Below are positions 47,473 through 63,600 of a stretch of 64,000 nucleotides of DNA, piece by piece (the stretch's first letter is position 1; each line of letters begins with the position of its first letter). A program made the translations under genes and the position numbers. The stretch lies in contig NC_090359.1 in NCBI RefSeq assembly GCF_035084215.1, positions 15,438,001 to 15,502,000 of the forward strand. The letters run 5' to 3'. The notes below the pieces were generated by a model. It had not been told where the DNA came from and made no database searches. It was given only the letters and a program-made list of their open reading frames with translations. Source of the stretch: Heptranchias perlo. Lineage: Eukaryota.

Positions 47473-50325
47473 CTAGTTAAACTGGGTTTGCTTGTGTTTC
47501 CTGTTCAGGAACAAGGCAATCCAAGAAGCAGAGATCAGAGAGACAGCGCTCACAGTCAGGGCCAAGATCAGGACCACCTCAGACGCCACACCTATAAAGC
47601 AACAAGAAACCAATGGTTAGTGAAGGAAATACTGAGGGGAAAATGGAAACTAGCAGTCGGCCAACTCACCACCTGGAGACCTCTCCTGCATCCTTTGCTC
47701 AACATCATTAAGGGGCTCAGTTGCCAGGTCTGTCACATGAGGATCCAGAATGACCAAGGGTCCAAGTGAGGCCTCACCCTCCCACTTCAACTCAGCATCA
47801 CTCTCTGCAATATCAAACATTCCAGTTAGAGAGTAAAGGGTGACCTCCAACAATCAAGAGGATCAATGTCCTACCAGGTCCAGATACAAGATCCCTCCTT
47901 CCTCTGGAATCAAGTCGGAATTCCCTACTGGCACTGCAGTTGCCCAGATGACAACAGGCACACACGTCATTGGTCGATTCTTCCAATGGGGTCCAGCTCA
48001 ACCAGAGAATCAGTTTATCAACCATGTTGTCCATCACCCTTTAATATAACACATCCCTGAGTGAGAGAGAGGGAACTTACATATTCTGGAAAGTACAAGC
48101 TTTGTTCATTGAATCTCTCCGATCCACTGCAGCAACTTTCAGGTGACAGGTGATGAAAATCTGAGGGACACATTCAATACAAGTTGTTATTTAGTGACCT
48201 CCTCCCAACATGGGGAACCCAATGTTTGGCTTCCTCTTACCAAGGAACGGTCATCTCCAAAGAAGCGGAACGCATCCAGATCAAACTGGAGTTTGTCCAG
48301 CTCACGTTCACCTCTTGGCAACACAAAGGTTGAAAAGGAGTCCTCAGCTTTGCTGTCCAGGAGGCAACTGAAGAAAGATTTAAAAAGGGACAAAGTGAAT
48401 TAAGTGAACCGATTGAGACAGAACCAGCTGGAGAAAGCAGAGAGCTCCTTACCCATGGGAGTCAATGATGTATCTTGGGGTGGAATCCTTGTCTGGGCTC
48501 AATGTAGCTGCACAGCTGTCAATGTAGAGCTTCAAGGGCATGTGGTTGGTCATTGAAACAGAGGCCTCAATGTGAATGAGGTCACCCAGGTAGTAGACAG
48601 TCGAGGTGCGCTCTGTAAGCCAGTCATCTGAAGTACAAGAGGAAAAGGGTTGGAGACAGTGGGCGTAACTCCCAGTGGGAGACCACAGAAAAGCACTCCC
48701 CATCCACCCATCACATACCGTTCATAAGACGCAGTGAGAATGACAGAAGCCCTTCTCCAGACTTGGTAGAGCTGAATGGGATCCAGGTGGGCTTGATAGG
48801 GTCACTGCTCACATTGCCCTTCCTGAAAGGACAGTACAGTAATTTCAGGACAACTTCACAGAACTGCACCTGCTGTAGACCTTATTTGCAATAGAGTAAA
48901 GATTCTTACCTAAAATAGTGGCACTCAATGGGAATGACTGCTCCATTAGTTCTCACAATAACAGATCCACGAGCATTTGGGGTGTGGTTCAGGTGGGTGG
49001 TGTCGACCAGGAAATCGCCAGCCATCTGAAAGACATCAGGTTATGGAATGAAGAGCTGGCCTCATTGAACAAAAGCTATTTCTGGTCATTTTCCGACCCT
49101 GTTAAGCAGCAGTTTAAGGGGTTTCAGATGCTCCTCAATGACACATGATTGAAGTAGCTCCACCATTGGTAGAAGTTGCCTGGAGCAGCCTCTGTTCCTC
49201 GACTCAGTCCACCTTCTATTACAGGGGACTTCAGGCCTGCAGTCAGAAACCCCTGAAATGATTGGCACTGCCAGATTTGATGAGCATTCTTTCCCATTTC
49301 GATTAGAGCTTTCACCTTAAGGGGCTCAAGTTACCCCTGATATGGAGCACAAAACACAACATCACATTGAAATCTCATCTGTGTCCGTGGAATCAATGGT
49401 CTTGGCAGGTGTAACAACCAAAAGTGGAGTTCCCCTTTAATACACTGTATCCCAATTATTGTTCCACTTGTTTCATCTTTCAAGGGAAGTCTCAACAGGA
49501 ACTTCCACACTGAACATTCATTGACCACAAGTTGAGGCAGCAGGCCTGAATATCCACAGGAAGGAACGGAAAAGATAAATCAATTGAGGCACAAAAGAAC
49601 AGAGTGGTTTGGAGAAATGCAGGTGAAGGTTCAAGGTCAATAGAATTGAATCTCAGAGTTAGAGAGTAGCAATGACCCATTTAAGAAAGATGCAGTCCCT
49701 CAGTGACAAGTTGAAGTTCTTTTTAAATATAAAGCGAAGATTGACATGTCAACAGAAAGAAGTAGTTTCACACAGGGTGATACTTCACAGTGGGCAAAAA
49801 TTTATACACAGATTTAATTCAGGGATCTCCTCAGTGGCTGGAGTTTCACCCGATGTTAATGAGTTCAGAGTGGGCAGTAATCTACACAGTGAAATTGGAG
49901 CAAGAGTTGAGGAATCACATTACCTGCAATCTGCTGCCACATTCATGGAGCCCATAGTCAAAGAGGACAGTGTGGTTCTGAGAGTAGATCCCAGTTGGCC
50001 GATAACCTGCTGTCCCCAGGGTCAGGTCAGCAGCTTTAATCAGGTGCCTGGTTCTAAATAAATCCATGTCTACCCTCACCAGCAGGTTCTGCTCTCCACA
50101 CTGCACCATCACAATCTGCAGTGGAGACAGACTTCTCCCCTCAGACACACTGAAATGGGAACCAAAGGGAGGGACAGGGGGAGGGACTCTCTGGGGTACA
50201 GGGGTGGGTTTTACTCTTCTCCATGGAAATCTCTGCCCTCTAAACTGTTGCCAAATATCAGAGCAACAAACCGCTCCAACTAACACCAGCACCGGGAACA
50301 AACCTCTCACTACAAAATCCCCCAT
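47473..50325 (-). CDS. zp3: Zona pellucida sperm-binding protein 3 (ZPC)-like, 459 aa, 9 exons; possibly decaying
   Basis: Exons 50325-49924, 49025-48910, 48822-48719, 48627-48453, 48367-48241, 48160-48081, 47996-47875, 47804-47670, 47591-47473 splice in frame (1380 nt). Signal peptide, ZP-N (VQC, HECG, IECHY), ZP-C (CACC), furin site RGRR, C-terminal TM; AATAAA at 47454-47459. Confidence 0.9.
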
Positions 50326-50438
50326 GATACCAAACAACTCAACTATCACTTTACCCACCAACCAGCACCTTTTTTTTTTCTCTTTTTTTTTTCCTTTTTT
50401 TCTTTTTCTTTTATCACTTTACCCACCAACCAGCACCC

Positions 50439-50750
50439 TTTTTTTTTCTTTTTCTTTTCTGTTTTTTAGGCCCCCCTTTTACAAGAAGCGGGGGGGGGGG
50501 GTGTAGGGTGTGCTTAAGTGCTAAAAACCAAATAAAACGAAACCAGGCATCAAATTAAAATTTTATTTTCCTCGTCCAGGATGCACTCCAGCCCCTGCAG
50601 TGCCCACCGGTCGCGGAAAGCCTCAAGCGTACCGGCAGACACCGCGTGCTCCATCTCCAGGGCCACCCGGGTGCGGAGCAACCCGCGAAAGAGAGGCAGA
50701 CAGGCCGAGCGCCCGCCCCCACGGACCGCGAGCATCCTGGACCTGTGGAT
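50439..50750 (-). mobile_element. Tx1-clade LINE 3' end inserted in the zp3 5'UTR/TSS
   Basis: RVALEMEHAVSAGTLEAFRDRW..QGLECILDEENKILI*, 3'UTR GGGGGGCCTA and A-tail abutting the zp3 leader. Confidence 0.9.
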
Positions 50751-50782
50751 ATCCAGGATGCACTTCAGTTTCGTCTAGTTTT

Positions 50783-52632
50783 CTGGTGGGTCAGTGGCGG
50801 GTTGACTCCCTGCCGGAGGAGCTCAGGCCTTTCGCCTGGAGTACCATGCACCTCCGGTACCTGGGAGTCTACCTCGGCCCTGCCGAGGAAGCCTGGCCGG
50901 CGAACTGGGAAGAGCTGGAGGCCAAGGTCGCCGCTCGCCTGGCGCGCTGGACAGGACTGCTCCGAGTGTTATCCTACAGGGGTCGAGTGCTGGTCATAAA
51001 CCAGCTGGTGGCCGCCATGTTGTGGTACCGGTTGGTCACTTTGACCCAACCCCCCGAGTTTGTCGCCAAAATTCAGAGGAAGTTCGTCGACTTCTTCTGG
51101 GCCAGAGGGATACACTGGGTCGCTGCCGCGGTCCTGAGTCTCCCGCTTAGGGAGGGCGGTCAGGGGCTGGTGTGCGTCCGCACCCAGGTGGTAACTTTCC
51201 GCCTTCGGACGCTGCGGCCATACCTGTACGTTGAGCGTCCTCTTAGATGGCGTGAGCTGGCGACGTATTTTTTCCGCCAGCTGCACGGCCTGAACTACGA
51301 CACGCAGCTCCTGTTCGTCTCGCTGGTGGGCGGCCGCATGTCTTTGCAGGAGCTGCCTGTCTTTTACCAGGATCTGCTCAGGGTCTGGAACATGGTCGCC
51401 TCCGGTCGGAGTTCTCGCCCGTCAGGGGTTGCGGCCGTCCTGCAGGAGCCGCTGCTCGGGAATCCGTTCCTCCGCGATATCGGCTTCGGCCACTCGCGGC
51501 TGTCGGTGCGGAGGGCCGTGGCCGGTCGGGTGACCAGAGTCAGGGACGTCCTGGATGGCGGTGGGTCGGGTTGGTTGGAGCCGTGGGCGCTCGCCGCACG
51601 GATGTCCTCGTGGCGTGCCGGGGACGCGGCCATCGCCATCCGGGCGTTGAAATCGGCGCTCGGCCCTGACTCCACTCGGGATGTGGAGGCGGCTCAGGCG
51701 TGCGGAGCCATCCCGTCCGACCTGACCCCCGTTCGAACGGAGTTCCTCCTCGGCGCCAAACCCCGGAACCTCCCTCGGGGGGCCGCGCCTCACAACTTGA
51801 GCCGTCTCTCGGAAATTCCCTCCGTGCCGTTTCACACCGCGCGGAGGGATTTCCTGTACGGGCTGCTCCTGCACACCATCCACTTCCTCGCCCTCGTCTC
51901 TCGGCCGGACACGCCCTGGCGTACCATCCTGCCGTCCGGCGGAGACGGTGGTTCCCAGTGGGGGACTCTCTACTCAGGGATCCTCCCGTGTTCCATCGGG
52001 GATCTGGGGTGGAGGGTGGCGCACGGAGCAGTCGCGTGCAACCGGCGGTTACGCCATTTCACGGACACCCAGGCCGCTTGTGATTTCTGCGGCCTGGAGG
52101 AGTCCGTGTTCCATCTGTGCACTGGGTGTGCGAGACTGCAGCCACTGTTTGATTATTTGAAGGGGCTGCTCCTCAAGTTCTGGCTGCATTTCAGTCCCAC
52201 GCTCCTGATCTTTGGCCGCCCGGTGAGGAGGGGAGCGGGCAGGTCGGTGGACGTTCTCGTGGGCCTGCTCCTGGGCCTGTCCAAGGTGGCCATCCACAGG
52301 TCTAGGATGATCGTGGTCCGTGGGGGCGGTCGCTCGGCCTGTCTGCCTCTCTTCCGCGGAATGCTCCGCGCCCGGGTGGCCCTGGAGATGGAGCACACGG
52401 TGTCTCCCGGTACGCTCGAGGCTTTCCACGACCGGTGGGCACCGCAGGGGCTGGAGTGCATCCTGGACGAGGAGAATAAAATTTTAATTTGAACACTTGG
52501 TTTTGGTTTGTTTGGTTTTAGTATTTAAGCACACCCCACACCCCCTTCTTATAAAAGGGGGGCCTAACAAAATTAACAAAAAGAAAAAAGGAAAAAAAAA
52601 AATCTGAAAGTGAAAAAAAAAGAAAAAAAAAA
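50783..52632 (+). mobile_element. Tx1-clade LINE, 5'-truncated, with uninterrupted ~570 aa ORF2 C-terminus (young copy)
   Basis: RYLGVYLG, LSYRGRVLVINQL, EGGQGL, zf-RVT CDFCGLEESVFHLCTGC; stop at 52492, 3'UTR hairpin and A-tail. Confidence 0.93.
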
Positions 52633-53065
52633 ATCTGAAAGTTTCTCTTTGTTTCAATCTCTTGAAATCATAACTTTGAATTATTTGATAATAATTTGAT
52701 ATTTTCACTGAAGTGGCTTTTCATAATCTGGTCAAGTTTATTACTTGTTAGTGATTGTGATGTTGAGACAATATTCAAAGCAATCAAGTTGTCTTGAGTG
52801 AATTTGCAAACCATCCATTGGTCAGAGAAATGGAAATTCCATCCCATGGATGGTGTGAATCGTCCCCAGTTCTAATATAGAGAATGGGTGTGTCTGAGGA
52901 TTGGCAGCATGGGGGCATCAACTGGGCAAAGCATTGTGGGATGCATCATTTTTAGTTTTGATTCTCATGAAATGTTGTTTGGTAAAATTCAGGATATTCA
53001 GCGAGAATGAGAGGCAGTGAAGATTACTGAATGCAATGTCACCCACACAAACATCTCCATTTGTG

Positions 53066-53435
53066 TCAGCTGTGGCTCAGTGGCAGCACTCTCACCTCAG
53101 AGTCAGAAGGTTGTGGGTTCAAGTCATCATCTCGAGACTTGAGCACATAATCTAGGCTGACTAAGGGAGTGCTGTACTGTCGGAGGTGCCGTCTTTTGGA
53201 TGTGATATTAAATCGAGGCCTCATCTGCTCTCTCAGGTGGACGTAAAATATCCCACAGCACTATTTCGAGGAAGAGCAGCGGAGTTCTCCCCAATATCTG
53301 GACCAATATTTATCCCTCAACTAACATCACTAAAACAGATTATCAGGTCAATATTTCATTGCTGTTTTTGGGTCCTTGCTGGAGGCAAATTGACTGCCGC
53401 ATTTCTTACCTTACAACAGTGACTACACCTCAAAG
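53066..53435 (+). mobile_element. DeuSINE (SacSINE1-like)
   Basis: A-box TGGCTCAGTGG, B-box GGTTCAAGT, Deu domain GGTGGACGTAAAATATCCCACAGCACTATTTCG. Confidence 0.8.
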
Positions 53436-55226
53436 GTGCGAACTATGCAGCAGTCAAAGCTACCAGATAATCCACACTGACTCCTAAAATTATGGCTCAA
53501 CAACGTATGAAATGTGGTGACATTGATATCCCAAAAGTGCCTTTAGAGATCATAATATCCTACTATTACAGCACAGAAAGAAGCCATTCAGCCCATTGTG
53601 CCTATGCTGCCTCTTTGAAAGAGCTATCCAATTAGTCCCACTCCCCTGCTCTTTCCCCCTTCAAGTATTTATCCAATTTCCTTTTGAAAGTTATTAAATC
53701 TGCTTCCACCACCCGATGAGGCAATGCATTCCAGATCAGAACACTGAAAAAAGTTTCGTGTCACTTCTGGTTCTTTTACCAATCACCTTAAATCTGTGTT
53801 TGCTGGTTACTAACCGGTCTGCTACTGGAATCAGTTTCCCCTTATTTACTCCATCAATATAAAGATATCAACATGGACTGACTGAAGACGGCAATTCTAT
53901 CACACCCAGTGCAAGTCACAAGTTCCTAAACTTCACTTGGAAACACTGGATAATTACAGCTACAGCATCAACATTTGAATCCATTCATAGGGGTGAAGGA
54001 GATGAATGGAGAACCCATAGGGTTTGGAAAGGTTGATTACAATTTGGTATGGAACGCACAATAGGACTAGAGGCAAATCGACACATTTATGGAGGAGCTG
54101 ATTGTATTGTGTTTATGAATTGATGGCATTGGGATGTGGAGTTTCAGGCAAAATATCTATTTAACTTGGTTTAAATGAAATGGTGATCCAGTAGAATTTA
54201 GAATTGTAATCTAGTATTAACTGCACAATGGGATAAATACAAATTGATAGATTTATGGATGAGCTGCTTATATTGGGTTTATGAATTGATGGAACAGTAG
54301 TGGTATGGAAGAGTTTAGGAGCCTTATCTATTCAACTTAATGGTTCAAGTTCGTTGTTTAGTGCATTTACTACGTCTCCCAGAAGGAAGATTTTGTTTGC
54401 TGGAGTTTAGTTAGAGGTATTTTTTCTGTACCATACCCAATTTATTATTCATGGGGGAGATTAACAGGGGGTTGGGGGGCAGAAGATGAAAATGAAGGGA
54501 AATAGAAAAACAGGGAACCTGCACTCCCCCATATGAGACCTATTTGACTCCAAACGAACAGTTTATTAGGAGTAATAGTGAGTGATTTCATAAGCTACCC
54601 CAACGACCTACTGAGGTCTGTAGCATCTTTGGAAAAAAAAGCATCTGGATTGTTCTTCCCCAGGCAGATACTATTCTTAAAAAAAAATGCCTATTGGACT
54701 GAAATTACTAGTTCACTTTCCTTGTGTTTTATTGGAACAAAATGTTACAGCAGCTGATTTTGCATCATTAATGAGTTAAACAGTTGATAATATGCAGTAC
54801 TAATAGGAACAGTAACTCATTACTGTATTGTTCTTTGCATTGAAATCAGCAGTAATCATTTTACTGCATAAATACAATTTACACTCAAGGCAGACACATT
54901 GGCCCTCAACACCCAAGTCACTACATTGATATGATCCCAGAAGAAAAAATGTCATAGGGCAGAATCTCACCCTAAAGCCAATACATAGCCCAATGTAATT
55001 TGTTACAACAGCTGAATTATGTTAATCTGAAAAATAAGCAATCACTCAATTTACAAGGAGCCAAAACCCAGTCTTCTGTAACAGTTTATTTCCAGTTACT
55101 ATTACATTTCACATCAAGAGCCCAGGTCTCACAGCTCTTAGTACAAAGTCACCATTGCTACAGGATAGGGGTTCTTCAGACTATAAACAGGAGTACTGAA
55201 CAATAAGCTTTATCCCTGCAGTCAGT

Positions 55227-57784
<2,558 letters not shown>

Positions 57785-57857
57785 CTTTAAATTAACTTTA
57801 ACAAAACTAAACAACTCTATTGAAGCAAGAAACTGAAAAACAGCCACCCAAAGCTCC

Positions 57858-58027
57858 ATATTTATACTGCTGGTTAATCCTGGGCGTGGCAGCCTAGATG
57901 ATGAGTGACAGTTGGCAATACCCAATCAGAAATTACATCCTCTCTCAGAACACCAATCAAGAAAAGGGAGGAGGGGAGATGACACCCAGAGCCAGTCAGA
58001 ACTTTGAAGGAGGAGCATCATTGGCTG
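57858..58027 (-). promoter_or_regulatory. Ferritin copy 1 promoter (TATA + CCAAT boxes)
   Basis: TATAAATAT at 57866-57858; CCAAT motifs near 57922, 57954 and 58020. Confidence 0.65.
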
Positions 58028-58087
58028 ACAATTCAATAAAGATCCAATTGCTTTGACTTTCCTCAAACTGTAAAATCTGTTTCCGTA

Positions 58088-58257
58088 ACCGGTGGGCACC
58101 GCAGGGACTGGAGTGCATCCTGGATCGATGTAATAAAATTATAATTTGACACTTATTTTGGGTTTATTGATTTACTGCACATAAACACAACCAAACCCCC
58201 CTCCCCTTCTTATAAAAGGGGGGCCTAAAACACAAAAAAAGGAAAAGAAAAAAAACC
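58088..58257 (+). mobile_element. Tx1-clade LINE 3' end upstream of ferritin copy 1
   Basis: CCGGTGGGCACCGCAGGGACTGGAGTGCATCCTGGA...CCCCTTCTTATAAAAGGGGGGCCTAAAA then A-tail; a further minus-strand fragment at 58545-58625. Confidence 0.85.
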
Positions 58258-60620
58258 ATGGCTGCTCTTCCATCCCACACTCCAAAGAAAAAAAAATCTG
58301 ATAGTGACCATATTCTTGACCATAATCGACCTTTCTTTGATGGACCAATAAGGGAGACTCTGGGTTGCCCCAGGGTCACCAAACATAAACCATCACAAGT
58401 GGCCCTCTCAGGGCACCACTAATATTGGATGGTCCAATCAAACTGAAAAGATACCAAAATAAGCATCAAGTGCCACCAAAAACAACAGGATACTTTCCCA
58501 ATTAAATCAGGATTCTATTATTAATGTCTGAAAGACAGTCTATACCCTGCGGTGCCCAGCGGTCGCGGAAGGCATCAAGCGTAACGGTGGACACCACATG
58601 CTCCCTCTCCGGGGCCACCCGGGCACTTGACCATAATGGACCAAATTGTCAATTGGTTGATCTGCCCCCATCCCATCGGTTATGGTCACTGATCGTGACG
58701 GTTCAAAGATCCAGAACCACAGGTTTAATTGTTGTTTGCGGGTCAGTGTCTTTGAATAATTCTGGATGGATCCGTGAGTTGGTTATTTGGCAAGTAGCTG
58801 CGGGTTTGAGGCAACATCCAAACAGATCAGAGCCTGTGAACAGCAACCAACAGCGAGTCAGGCGAATGGAAAGTGGGTGTGATGAACGTGTTAAACACAA
58901 GTCCTTCAATACTCCATCAATTCTAGGGTCAGTGAGCATCTGTACACACATCGGCTGGAAAGTGAAGGGGGCCACGGCATGTTGAGTTCTTGTTTTGTCA
59001 TCATGACATTTTACAAACAATAAAATGCAGAGCACTCCACGGGGAAGAGACTGTGGACCATTGACTGAAGGGATTTGGGGCGGGGGGTGGTTTGGTGTTG
59101 GGAGGGATTGCGGTGAGAGGCAAACACTGTGTGTAGTGTTGGTTGTATATACAGTGAGCGACAGTGGTGAACAGACTATCTGGTATTTCCTGGGTTTGGT
59201 AATCCCTTGTTTCAATGATTAATCTCTTGTACTTTTTGGACAGTCAAACACCAAGTGGAAAGAGTCGAGTGGTGAATTTTCTCATTAGAAAGGGGAGTTA
59301 CTGATATTTCCCTAAATCCGGTCAGGGAAGGATGGGGCCCCGTGGATATTTTGTGTTCCAGATCACATCAGAATACTGTCGGATCAACAACAAACAGCAG
59401 GCTAAAAAAAAATCAAAGGTGGAACCTAGTGAAGGAAAGATGAAGCAACGAAAAGTGGGGTCGATGGACTGATCTGATCATATGATCCCTGTGTGAGAAT
59501 AACCTGAACATCACTGGTGCAAACTCAGTTAAAGATTTAAACAGACCAAGTAGTTGGTGGTTTAGCCTTTAATTAGATGGCTCTATTCTCCAACTCTTCA
59601 GTAGACTTATAAGTGGCAGTTTTGGCAATTGGGATCTCGTGTTATTTGGTTCCAGGCCAAATAAGATTACACAAAGATTGTATTCGCAAGGAGAGGGGAA
59701 TGGGGCAAGAACTGTTTAATGAAACAGAATCCAGCAAGGGAAACTTAGAGGGGCTCTTAGATTTGCAACAGCAAATGGAAGTATTTTAGAGGCTATGGGG
59801 TCCAGGATATAAAAGGTGCATGAGGTGAACAGAGACTGGAAAATAAAAATTGAGATTGAAACAAATAGCAGGAGCTGGACCAAAGTTCTGCACAGGAAGA
59901 AAAAGATGGGCTGAAGAGAAGGAGGAAAGAGCCAGGTAACCCTAGCAGGAACAATTGGAGATTTGGTCTTACTTTGCTCCAGGATTTTTGTAACTACTTA
60001 AATTTGAATACCTGCTTCAGGGAACACTTCCCTGATGTCCTACAATGGACAAGTCAGCAGCAATGTGTGGGGTTGTTTATTCAGAAGGTTAACTACTGTA
60101 ATCACCATTGATGCCCACATCCCATGAACGAATAGTAATTAAAAAATGCACACTCTCCAAAAGGGATTCAAGCCTATGTGGAGGAAGAGGTCTTACTGTA
60201 ATCAGATTACACTTTAATCTCTACTACAGAACACCAAATATTGAAAGCTGTTAGGTACAAAATCTAATTTTGGCCTGATGGCCATCCTGGGCTGCTACAA
60301 AACCAAATTAAGCCTTCTGGAGGGGAAGGGGTTAAAACATCCATGTGCCCAAACAAATCAGATTTTATCACGGTGACAACCTATTTCTTAGAATTTTTTT
60401 GTTTGACGCAAGGCCACGTGCATTGGTGTTAGAATGTGCACAATTACTGAAGAAAAGGAACCAGTTCAACATCAAAATGTTTTATTTCAGCTGCAAGAAC
60501 ACTCAACTACAATGTTTGGAAGTTAATCTTAGACTTTGAATTCCATTCCCAGTTCAGAGAGATGGCAACATAAAACTTCAATGCACAAGTTGAATATCTG
60601 CAACATGGACAACAGTCCAG

Positions 60621-63600
60621 TCACTCCTCCCCCAGGCTGTGCTTGTCAAACAGGTACACTCCCATGCCATTCTCAGGGGCTCCCAGTCTCTTCAGGTTGG
60701 TGATGTGATCTCCAAGCTTCTTGATCATCTTCACTTGTTCATCCAAGTAGTGGGTCTCCAGGAAGTCACACAACTGGAAAGGGAAAAATAAAAATCAAGC
60801 TCGCTACTTGAATCATTAGGTTCCTTTAATCTCACTTCCCTACTGGGGAATACTCAAGGTCTCATTACAAAATATGGCCAAGAGACTACTAGATCTAACT
60901 CCTTGCCCTCCCAGCCACTGGTATTGAAAATAAATGCTGCCCTGCCCCAGTCCCTCACCTAAAGTCAGTATCCATTTGAAGGTTCCCTTCAAGCCCAAGA
61001 TATCTCAACCCTTGAAACAGATTGATTTCAAGGACAGATTTTAATGCTCACCTTCAGTAGATTTAAAAAACCTCAGATTTAGAAATGGAAAGTATTGAGC
61101 TGCATTCAGTCTGATGTGATTTTAAAGGACAGTGCTAAATTACACAATCCCAAATTAAAAATAAACCCAAAAGCTAAATGCCACTGATGCATTAAGGACT
61201 TACATGAGGGTCTGTCCTCTCAGTGGACAGTTTGTGCAGATCCAGCAGACTCTGGTTCACATCCTTCTCCATCTGCAGAGCTCTCTGCATCGCCTCCAGA
61301 CCATTGCCCCACTCATCCTGCTCTGGCTTCTGAAAAGGGAAGTCTTTCAAGTCACAAAATGCTCAAGCTCCCATCTGCATCCCATGCAGTATTAATCTCA
61401 AACTAGCCTGAAACAAGAGGATGACTGGAGAGTGGAAGAAAATTGATTTTTGCCCTGATGTTAGCAACAAGTACTCTGTTCAGTTATAATGTAGAACATG
61501 TGGCTCATTAATGAGAAAACATCTTCTCTGCTGTGGAGAAATTTTCCACATTCTGAAAGCTGGATAGAGGCTGCACTGGGGACCAATCATTCAATATGAA
61601 AATAAGCCTCAATAAATTACATTTGGCCCAGTCATGATCTCAACAACTGGCAGGTGGGTCATTAACCAGAGGACACACATTGAAGATAATGGGCAAAAGA
61701 ACCAGAGGGAAGATAGAGATTTCATATATAAACAGTGAATTGTTACAATCTGGAATGAAATGCCTGAAAGGGAAGCTGATTCAATAGCAACTGTCAGAAC
61801 AGATTTTTATGTATAGAATCATGAAAAGGAATAATTTACAGCTCTATGGGGAAAGAGCAGGGCACGAGGGACTAATTGGATATTCTTTCAAAGAGCCAGC
61901 ACAGACACTATGAGCCAAATGGCCTGATTCTATGAACAAACCTTGATGTCCTCCAAGATGATTCGGCCTCCACGCTGATTCTGGAATTTCAGCAGTTTCT
62001 CAGCGTGCTCCCGTTCCTCATGTGACTGCTCCTTGAAGAACTCAGCAAAGTGACGCAGGGCAACATCATCCCGGTCAAAGTAATAGGACTGTAGGCACAA
62101 GAGTCAATTAAACAATCATACCAAATTAAGATAGAGAACAAACATCAGTACAGTGATTTCACCATGGATCAGGGAACCAAGGAGTTTGATCATTTTTAAA
62201 GAGTACTCATATTTCCTAACTCAGTTCACCTGGTGAAAGTAGACAACAGGTGGCCAGTGGAGAATGGAATCACCTCAGTCTTTGACCACACTGAGCAACT
62301 CAACTTAAACCCAAGCTTGAGCTACTTGGCCATTCAGGTACCTCCTGCCCACATCTCAATTGACACAAAGCATTAACCAGGAAGTCACATGACAGGTCCT
62401 CCTTCAGTGTTGGATACTGTGACCAAGGTGCCGAAAGCTACCTGTTCCACCACAAGTGATTCAGAAAGACCAGGGTGCACAATTAGTCAATTAACTCATG
62501 CAATGAGTCTCCTCCTTTTAGAGGGTCTGTGTACTAGATCAGAACTTGTGACATTCCAAGAAAATAAGTTGTAACAGAGACAAACAATGTGAGAGGATAA
62601 AACTCAAATTAGTTCAGATCACTAAATCAGGGAAAATTTAGATGTACATTTGACATCTGAAAAACTTTTCCAAATCAATAATCTGAACTCACCACAAACC
62701 CCCACCCCCTATTCACATGTCAAGGATCAGCACAGCCCAAGGAGGGCTGACCTCCTTCGTTCATGGTCTTGCCCAGTCCCATGTGGTCCAGGAGAGGGAG
62801 CATGCAGTGTCCAGCAGTACACTCATTTGAGGCCATGACCAGTAGGCACCAGTGAAGAGTGAGATATAAATTTCCTTTTGCTCATATTAGGCTTTATGTT
62901 CATTGCTTTGTAGCAATTGGGCACTTTCCTGATAACAACAGAGAGCAACCCAATGTCAGCCTTACTTGATTAAAAAAGGCACACATTTCTCCACTGTGTT
63001 CTATACATTCCATCAATTACAAGTTTCTTGCTATTGTACAGACAAGGGTTACACTCCATCCCAAACCTGAACAAAACTCCCTTCATTAAGCAAGAAACTC
63101 CACCCATTTTGAAAATTCCCAATTTGATTTTAGAAACTTTGAGAAGTTCAATTAAGCTTTTGGCTGGAAAAGACAGGTTACAAGATCAAGAGTATGGAGC
63201 TATGGCTAAGAATGCCCATGGATTTGTGTTTTGACTAAAGATTTCACCACAGGTGTTTCAAAGACCCCAACTATGGGCAAGTCACCTGTAACTCAAAAGA
63301 CACTCACTGGCCAATGTACTGAATAGGCTTTTTTTGGGGGGAGTGGGGAATGCATTTCACAGTCTCAATGTAAACTCCAACATGGAAACTATATAAAAAA
63401 GGACCCAGACAATCCATTTGAAAGGATAATGAAACATCACAACTATAAAGATACTTAAAAGAAATATTAGAACAGCAAATTCAATTATTTTACTGAATTT
63501 AAAAGGTTAATTCACTAGAATTCAGTAAGTCTACATTAGTTAATAAGACAAAATACCCAAAGAAACCCAAAGCTCACCATAGAAAGATAAACATAGGAGG

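Noticed and set aside
50600-52492. 630-aa ORF as a host gene
   Set aside because: It is Tx1 ORF2 C-terminus; the first ~60 aa come from the antisense copy and filler, and the EN and RT core are absent.
54075-54350. ~165-bp diverged tandem duplication
   Set aside because: Two old copies with no functional signature.
58703-59215. 170-aa intergenic ORF between the ferritins
   Set aside because: No recognisable domain or exon structure.
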